Of a stretch of DNA of 64,000 bases, positions 56,053-64,000 are shown in pieces (positions within the stretch are counted from its first letter, which is position 1; each line of letters starts with the position of its first letter). The translations under genes were made by a program, and so were the position numbers. The notes below the pieces were generated by a model. That model had not been told where the DNA came from and did not search any database. It worked only from the letters and a program-made list of their open reading frames with translations. The stretch is from Seison nebaliae (taxonomy: Eukaryota), in assembly GCA_023231475.1 (NCBI GenBank), contig JALJEE010003232.1, positions 1 through 64,000 of the forward strand, read 5' to 3'.

Positions 56053-56835
56053 ATGAGTCGTTTATTACGAACGAAAAAAGAAAAGATAGCAAAAGTGTTT
56101 AATAATAAACAAGTTACTGATAGTTTCGTTGACATCTTCACCGAAATGGCGATCGATGAGAAACTGTCTAAAAAGAATTTGAAAAATAGGAAAAAATTGG
56201 TTATTCTTTATTTCCTCTTTAACATCGTCTCAATATCATTTAACATTTAATTAATTTTTATAAAAAATAATTATAAATATAATTTAATCTATTAATTAAT
56301 AAATTAAATATAATATTAAGCTTCCTAATTTATTTGTCCATCATAGTTTTGGAAATTTATTATTATTCTTTCTTCCATATTAGTATAGTTTGAGAGATCT
56401 GAGAACGAAATGGATAGCAGCTGTGGAATCCACTCAAATCTTAAAAAGGAAATTGAAGCAGAATGAGGACGAGAAGAAATTGTTGGAGGAGGAAATAAAA
56501 AATTTGAATAGGAAATTGAAAGGCTTAACCGAACAGAATGACCTGTATAGTACTATGATTGGTTAAACTTTTCGACACTTTTTACTTGCATTCAAATTAC
56601 ATTATTCAATTGATATTAATTAGATATGGACGGTTATAATTGTAATATAATCGACCTATGTAAAATGTACAAAGAGGAGAACAAGAAATTGTTTATTGAA
56701 TTAAAAAAAGTTTTAAGATTATTTCCAACGAGTTTTATCAAACTTCTTCTCATTTAGACGAAGGAAATGTTCCATAAAAATGATATCTGCTCAGCCATTA
56801 CCTCGACTCACAAATCGAAATCGACTCAATCTTAA
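56053..56835 (+). CDS. Hypothetical coiled-coil protein (about 4 exons)
   Basis: GTT-AG introns join coiled-coil-like exons (LKRKLKQNEDEKKLLEEEIKNLNRKL); last exon ends KSTQS* at 56833-56835. Confidence 0.55.
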
Positions 56836-59590
56836 ATGATCGTATCGTTATTAGTATGGAGAGTATCGTTCTTCTTCCAATCAGTTCCATTATCAATTTT
56901 ATCTTTGAAAACCATTTCGGGTATCGTCGTCGAATTGGGAACGATGACCATGAGGAGAAGTGTGAGGAAGATTGTTAGAAAGAGAAATACCCAAAAGAGA
57001 ATACGATCTACAATGGCAGCAATCTTCTTCCATTCCTCCACATTGATCGTTGAGATTTCCTGCAATTCTTCTTTCTTTATTAAACGTTTCAATAATTTCA
57101 CTAATTCTTTTCTCGTTTCAAACGCTTCCTCATTCTTTGACGATTTATTTCCTGATAATTCATATTCGTCAGACGACGACGGTGCTTGTTGTTTCCAATT
57201 CTTTTTTCTCAATTTCTTCTGATTCTTTTTCAAATCCGAATGATATTTTCCCGATTTATCTGTCAAATAATTTGCATCTGTTATATTCTCCATTGTCATG
57301 GCAACGGCTAATGACTTGAGATCTTTTAAAAGATTCGTCGATGATGATATACTCGATTTGGATGTTCGTCTTTCCGAATTATTCGGCTCGTTATATTTGA
57401 GATAAGTCGACGGAATCTCATTCGATTGTTTCGATTGACGATTTATATCGTTGTTGCATAATTGAGGTATATGTGGCGATGGGGAATTATTGAAGAATTT
57501 GACTTTGGTTGATTTTGATTGATGTGCAGATGTATTGTCAGAGATCGATATCGGTTCATTGATCGGTTTGATATCGTATCGTTGCATATATTCTGTACCG
57601 GCCAAAACGCTGTTATTAAGGAAAGAAATATTTTTACTTTTCTTATTCGACATGTTATTGATGAAAAGACTTTCTCGAATTTTCGCTTTTGTCGTTTGTT
57701 TCTCTAAATTTACGACTTTTTTATTCACATGATTATTTTGATAGATTGTGGAATTGGAGATGGTATTACAATCGATTAATAGATCAACTGATTTCTCATC
57801 TTCCACATCGATATTAGTCAATAATGGTGCATTCTGCATATTGCTATTACTTCCATGATTAATATGATGATTATAATAAGTTTGAACGAAATCGGACTTC
57901 TTGTGGACAATTTGATTTTTATTCAAAAAAAATCGTCTCACCCAATCTGGTGGAGCTTTTGCATTCGTCTCGTTTGGAGAATGATGATGTAAATTTAATA
58001 CCCAAACTGTCATCACAACTGATATACTCGTCATCGCCATAACCACTGTGAGATAGACGGATATCAATGGGACATATTCACTCGTTTCCGGCATGTTCTC
58101 AGCAATCGCCAACATAAACACAGAAAATGCCAAGAGAACTGTTATACCTAAAGCGATTTTTTCACCTGAATCTGGCGGTAAACAAAAAACGAGCAATGTC
58201 AATGCAGATAACATAATGCACGGTACCACCACATTAGTCAAATAATATCTATAAGAAAATTTATTAATTTTTTTTTGAAAAATTCCCAACAATATTCGTC
58301 GACGAATTACGATATAAAACCGGATATCTGGATATGGTTCCTTGCAACACGGATACCTGACCACATTACGAACAACATCCGCTTGTAAAATATCCCATTC
58401 TCCATTTGGCAGATAATTCTTGAGATCAACATCTGGACTCCTTTTCGCTATATCGACCTAGAGAATTAGGAAAATTTTTAAAATTTGTAAAATTAAAAAA
58501 TTCTAACTTGAAAACCATCATAAGTCCATGATCCAAATTTCAAGTGACAGACTTGATAGTCGAATGGGAAATATGTAACATCGACTTTACAAGAACTCTG
58601 CAATTTGGTTGGGATTGGCCAGAAAACCGTTCCGTTATTTCTCACCATCACATTCGCTTCCATAACTCCGTCAGTAAAATCGGCAGCGCTAAAAAAGGAA
58701 AATTGAAAGGTTTGGGAATATTTAAGGAAGAGGAAACTTATTATACAGAACGATATCGGGTAGCCAAATCTTCTTACACGGCAATCGAAGAACCGTCAAA
58801 TTGTTATACTCGTCGGGATTCCATACGAGAAATTCGTCGTCCCATTCCTGATCTAACCACACGTTCGTTACTAAGACTTGATTCTTTTCATCCTACAATA
58901 ATTTGTTCATGAATAATTATCAACTTTTCAATGATTAGGAACCATATCAAAAATTTGAGTTAATGTCAATCCCAAACGGATAGTAACGGTTGTTCGAGCA
59001 TTCCATACCGGTCGAACTGATCGTTCATATTGTCTAAAAATGATTAATATTATTATTTAATAATTTTTAAATTTTAGAATTGAAGATTAATAAAGAAAGA
59101 ACTCGAGAATGTTATACATTAATCGTTGTTCGTCAGGCACTTCTGATTTATTTTTAACTTTCGAAATTAAATCGTCGTTTTTTAAAAATTTTTTCTTTTT
59201 AATATTTCGTTTCGATCTCGATACGAATTTCTTCGAAAGATCAATGAAATTTTGGAATTGCTGAAGAATTTCATGATCATCCAATAACTTCTGACGATAT
59301 TCCCTCATGAATTTTACATTCATTTTCAGTCGTTTCAAAACGTCAAATCGTTTCAATTTCAATTCGACCATTCCTTCGTTCTCATTGATCAATTGATTGA
59401 GATATAAGAGATATTCCCGATCATTATTTGTGGAGTTGAGACAATATTCATATTTCTTCTCTAATTCCACTTGTTTATTGGAATACCAATCGAAATAGGT
59501 TTGGAAGTTCATCTCGTGATTATTCGTTCTCACGTAATTGGTGGAGAAGGAGGAGAATAGAATATGGATAATCAGATGAATGAAATTCAT
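56832..59590 (-). CDS. Nicotinic acetylcholine receptor alpha-type subunit
   Basis: DEQRL helix, IWLPDIVLYN, Cys-loop CKVDVTYFPFDYQVC, GSWTYDG, vicinal YPCCKEPY, M2 SGEKIALGITVLLAFSVF, long M3-M4 loop, EEWKKIAAIVDR. Confidence 0.95.
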
Positions 59591-62500
59591 TGTGAAAATG
59601 TTATTCAATTGGTTTAAACGATATCAGTGGATGCATTATTATTATCTGTCTCATTTAAATCGCGTAATATGATTCTAAGGAGGAGAATTAATGAATAAAA
59701 GGAATGATAATGAAAAGAATAAGATAAATATTTGCCGAAAATTTCCGTATGAATGGCGAATTGACGCAGTAGAGCAACGATATGTAAATGAGAATATAAT
59801 TCGATCAGAATTCAGATTCGTTCTCTTCTCAATGGTGAAGTAATCTTGAGAAATTTCCATTCAATATTTTATGTCAAGAAAAAAAAACTGAAAAATTGAC
59901 TTTCTTCCTAAACATCATCCCTTTTAAGATAATTGTCAAATAAACTAAAACTTGCCTCCATTAGACTTTGTCATTAACTTATGAATGGCATATAGAAATC
60001 CTTCTTGAAAGTAGAAGGACAAGAGACATTCCAATGAAATATTGTCATTTGATGTCACTGATCTATTTGGCGATGTCAGATAGTGTAAAGTTTATTCTTT
60101 TTTGGTTTCATTTCTTTCGTCCAAAAAAATAGAAAATAATATTCTCTCCAACAAAAAAAAAAGAGGAAGATAATCCAACATGAAATAATGTTTAATAAAT
60201 AAATCTGATATCATCCAACCGTCATACACACCGGTGACAGAAGTTAGTTATTTGGAAAAGGAATTATCGTATTTGAAAGAAGAAGAAAATATTTTGAAAA
60301 TTTATTATCAATATGAGAATGTTGAAAAATAATTGTGTAGGAATAATATAATGTCATAGAAATAATGTGGTGGATATTGATCCAGATATCGATTGAAGAT
60401 CGAATAATTTTAGTCGAATGAATATAGAGTCGATTCTGCTTTTAATATTCTTTAATGAAGAGAAATATTGCGGAAATAGAAAATGAAGATTTTCTTTATT
60501 AAAATGGAAAGTACGAGAATGGGGAGACGACGAAATGTATATGGGAAATTTTCCTTTTACAAAACGAACATTAGGAGACATATTACTAGTGCAGTAGTAA
60601 TAGAGGACTAATAAATTCTTTGTTGCTTATAAGGTAACAAATGCTAACAAGTGATGTGAACTAGATTTTCCTCGCTTAAATACATGGGAATGGGACGTGC
60701 ACAAGGCAAAACAATTCCTAACAGATTATACAATTCCACTATACTTTCTCCCGCAAACAATACAACAATGCGGGGAAGGAAAGAAAGGTTACATCTGATA
60801 TTTAGAAAATATCTCTCGTATAATATTAGCGATTATTAAGTAAATGCCGGAGAGGCGAAAACAAACGAAGTAATCGAGTAAAGCCACCGGCCAAAAACAC
60901 AGAAAAGTCAACTTTAGATAGGAATATGTTGGCGAGGGGAAAGAATTATAGTTCTCAATCCATTTCATTTACACGTAGAGGAGGATGTTGAGTAGACGAT
61001 TATCCGAAATTTCTTAAATGCTCTACTCAGGGAATATGGAAGCCAATTAAGAAGAATGTGCCGTTACGTCGTATGAAGGAAATGAATGAGATTCGAATTG
61101 TTTATCGTTTAACAATCTTCGTCATACGATTACATGATTGAATAACGAAGACACAATTGAGTTAACGAGCCATAAAAAAATGGAAAAGATGAAATTCATA
61201 ACAAGTCTAATATTTCCTCTTATTGATTGGGATTTTCTGCCTTTTCAGCTATTTATCACAATACACAGAGCATTCTCGCTTTTATGGGGAAGATGGATAT
61301 TTCAATTGCTTTTCCTGAATAATAACTGTCGTTTTGACGGTATGAATAACGATTCCATCATGGATGACTTGACGGGCATGATAGGTGGAGAATGAAGAGA
61401 AAAAATGTATTTGAACGATTAAAGAAATCGAAGAAATATTCTCCGAAGTATTAACTCAACAAGTAGGAACGATTTGGAGAGGATTCACAATATTCTTCCA
61501 TTTAATTATGATTAATTCTCCAAGTTATCTTTTCCTGTGTTATAACTCGCATCTACATGACAGTTTTCAGGTATTATAATTAAAATTTATTGGAAATAAT
61601 CAACTTCTTTTTTTGGCGAGAGGATAGAGTAAATCGAAAGAAATTTTCTAGTGTTCGAAACACCCACTTGAAAATTTACATAACTGAGAGGCTGGTGCTA
61701 CCGGTTGTTGAGGGACATTTACGTATAATTCTTTCCTCTCAACATTCTCATAGATAGTACCGGCAATCATGTGAATCAGAATATTGGAAGAGAAGTACTT
61801 TAATTTAATCATTAATTCTCATTTCTATATTTATGCGTCATACCAACCAAAGTCATACAATCTTCTAATTACGTATAAGAACATAATTATCAATTTTAAC
61901 AATTATCCAGGAAATTCTGTGGGGGAAAGTAAGTGGAGAATTTGAAAGAATTATGAGTAAAATCTGGTAGTTTTTTCGTCATTTCTATTATCAAAAGACC
62001 TATCAATTCTCTTCTATTGTGTCAGTCGAATCGTTTGAATGAATTCATTTTCCCCATTATTTCTTCAGTAAATTAGTCGTCAATGAGAATTTATATATCC
62101 GTCTGTAAATTAGAGACTAAATAAATATTCGAACATACCTAATTAATTTTCTTTCTTCAAATCATCAAATTTTTATGAAACCGATAAATAATTTGGGAGA
62201 AAGACGAGGAAATATGAGGTACATCGTTAACAATCGTGTAAATGAATTATATTGCATTACATTATTTCTCGACTGAATTGGACAGATGGATCGCAATCGA
62301 ATCTACATGCCAACAACCATGTGAAATTTTATTCTTTCATCACATTATCTTCCTGTATAATTCCGATATGACGTCCAATCATAATAGATACTGACATAAA
62401 TTTAAATGCATTTTCGGTTGTAAATATAAAATAATTTTGTGCATCGTTAAAAGAATAACACGTATATAAAGATAAATCATACGACTACAAAACTTATGAT

Positions 62501-63242
62501 GATTAGACAGTTGATTTTACTGTTTATTTACCAGATTTTCCACAATTCCTTTTTCCCCCTAACATCAAAGAATCAGACAAAGTTAATTTATTTTCGAAAC
62601 GTATTCAAGCATTTTTGATAAATGAATAAAAGTTTATTGATCTTCATTCCAAATGATTAATCGAACTAATACGAAATTCCTTCTCAATTCTTTTTCATTC
62701 TACTCACAAATAACATCTGTTTCGTATCTGGTTAACATGTAAGTTCTCTTACTTGTGAAAAGGAAATGTTCGAACGAAAAATAACTATTTCTCTGAATTG
62801 TGATGGTGTTGCTTCTCTTCTGAATTCTATGAGTGGAACGAAATAATTTCTGAAAATTCTACAAGCAAATTTTTTCGTTAAATAATTTTCATTAGCTAAT
62901 GAAAAGGAGTGAGAACAATTATCAAGAATTGGATTGATTATACTTTAGGGATTAATTTGAATAAGAGGTAATTAAAATAAGAAATTTTATTAATAAGAAA
63001 AAAATTTAATTTGATTAGACATGTTTCATTGGAGGAATTGGAATACCGTAAAACTGGCGAGAAGGTTGAGGAGAAGAAATACATATCGTTTCCACTGTTC
63101 AACGATGAGAGTATGTTGCAAAAGGGAAATAAATAAGAAATCGTGTGAAATGTACAAGAAACTATTGATTTTATTGTTTTAGCAGTTTTTTATCTGATTA
63201 TTGTTAAGTAAAAAAATTTTAATTTCCTTAATGATATCATGA

Positions 63243-63689
<447 letters not shown>

Positions 63690-63839
63690 TTATTGACTAA
63701 ATTACACTCCTTTCCAATAATATTAAAGAACACATAATACTAGGAAGTTTTGTTTTGAAAAGCAAATTACACAATCAAATTTCCCAATTCAAAATTTGAG
63801 TTCATCCACAAAAATTATTATTAAATAATTAAAATTTTT

Positions 63840-64000
63840 ATTTTTTGTTATTATTATTATTATTTATTGATTAAAATTCCCGTCGGGATAAAGTTGATAT
63901 ATCAGTTGATATTTTATTTCCTTAGCACAATATATAGCGGAGCGAAGGAGCAAAGGAAGAGGATATGTGCCGCGACTTGAAGATCGGTAGGTGAATTGAT
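63840..64000 (-). mobile_element. 3' end of a putative LINE (ORF end, hairpin, (TAA)n/A tail), continuing beyond the window
   Basis: Open frame INSPTDLQVAAHILFLCSFAPLYIVLRK* (stop 63914-63916) with a HxxxxC knuckle-like end, followed by ATCCCGACGGGAATTT and an AAT/A-rich tail like the SINE tails. Confidence 0.5.

Noticed and set aside
60845..60895. GCCGG...CCGGC stem resembling an HDV-like ribozyme
   Set aside because: P1.1, P3/L3 and J4/2 elements could not be assembled on either strand.

Overview
AT-rich, gene-dense nuclear DNA from a compact-genome animal. It encodes PIWI, an ionotropic glutamate receptor, a nicotinic receptor, a DEG/ENaC channel and the motile-cilium gene CFAP69. A small spiralian is plausible, but the species cannot be fixed from sequence alone. 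The genetic code is standard and most introns are about 42-80 nt. About 23 protein genes were called: AP2S1, an AMPA/kainate-type iGluR, CCDC34-like, ArfGAP2/3, endosulfine, REEP5, RNF32, an NCKX exchanger, WDSUB1, CFAP69, nucleoredoxin-like, an SLC7/LAT transporter, EXOC6, an RRM-like protein, LARS1, DEG/ENaC, a divergent annexin, PIWI, an nAChR alpha, GABARAP and a few orphans. Non-LTR retrotransposon relics are also present. Most notable: (1) about 45 of roughly 50 hand-placed intron donors are GTT, not the usual animal GTR; (2) two SINE-like elements sit tail-to-tail in a WDSUB1 intron and share their 3' hairpin tail with a LINE-like ORF end at the window edge; (3) the iGluR has a genomically encoded Arg at the Q/R site; (4) two convergent genes have stop codons overlapping in one TTAA; (5) the intronless PIWI lacks N-terminal RG/RA repeats; (6) tight co-directional gene arrays have acceptor-like AGs just before the ATG. 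Exon models were built by hand, so gene ends and some splice sites are approximate.
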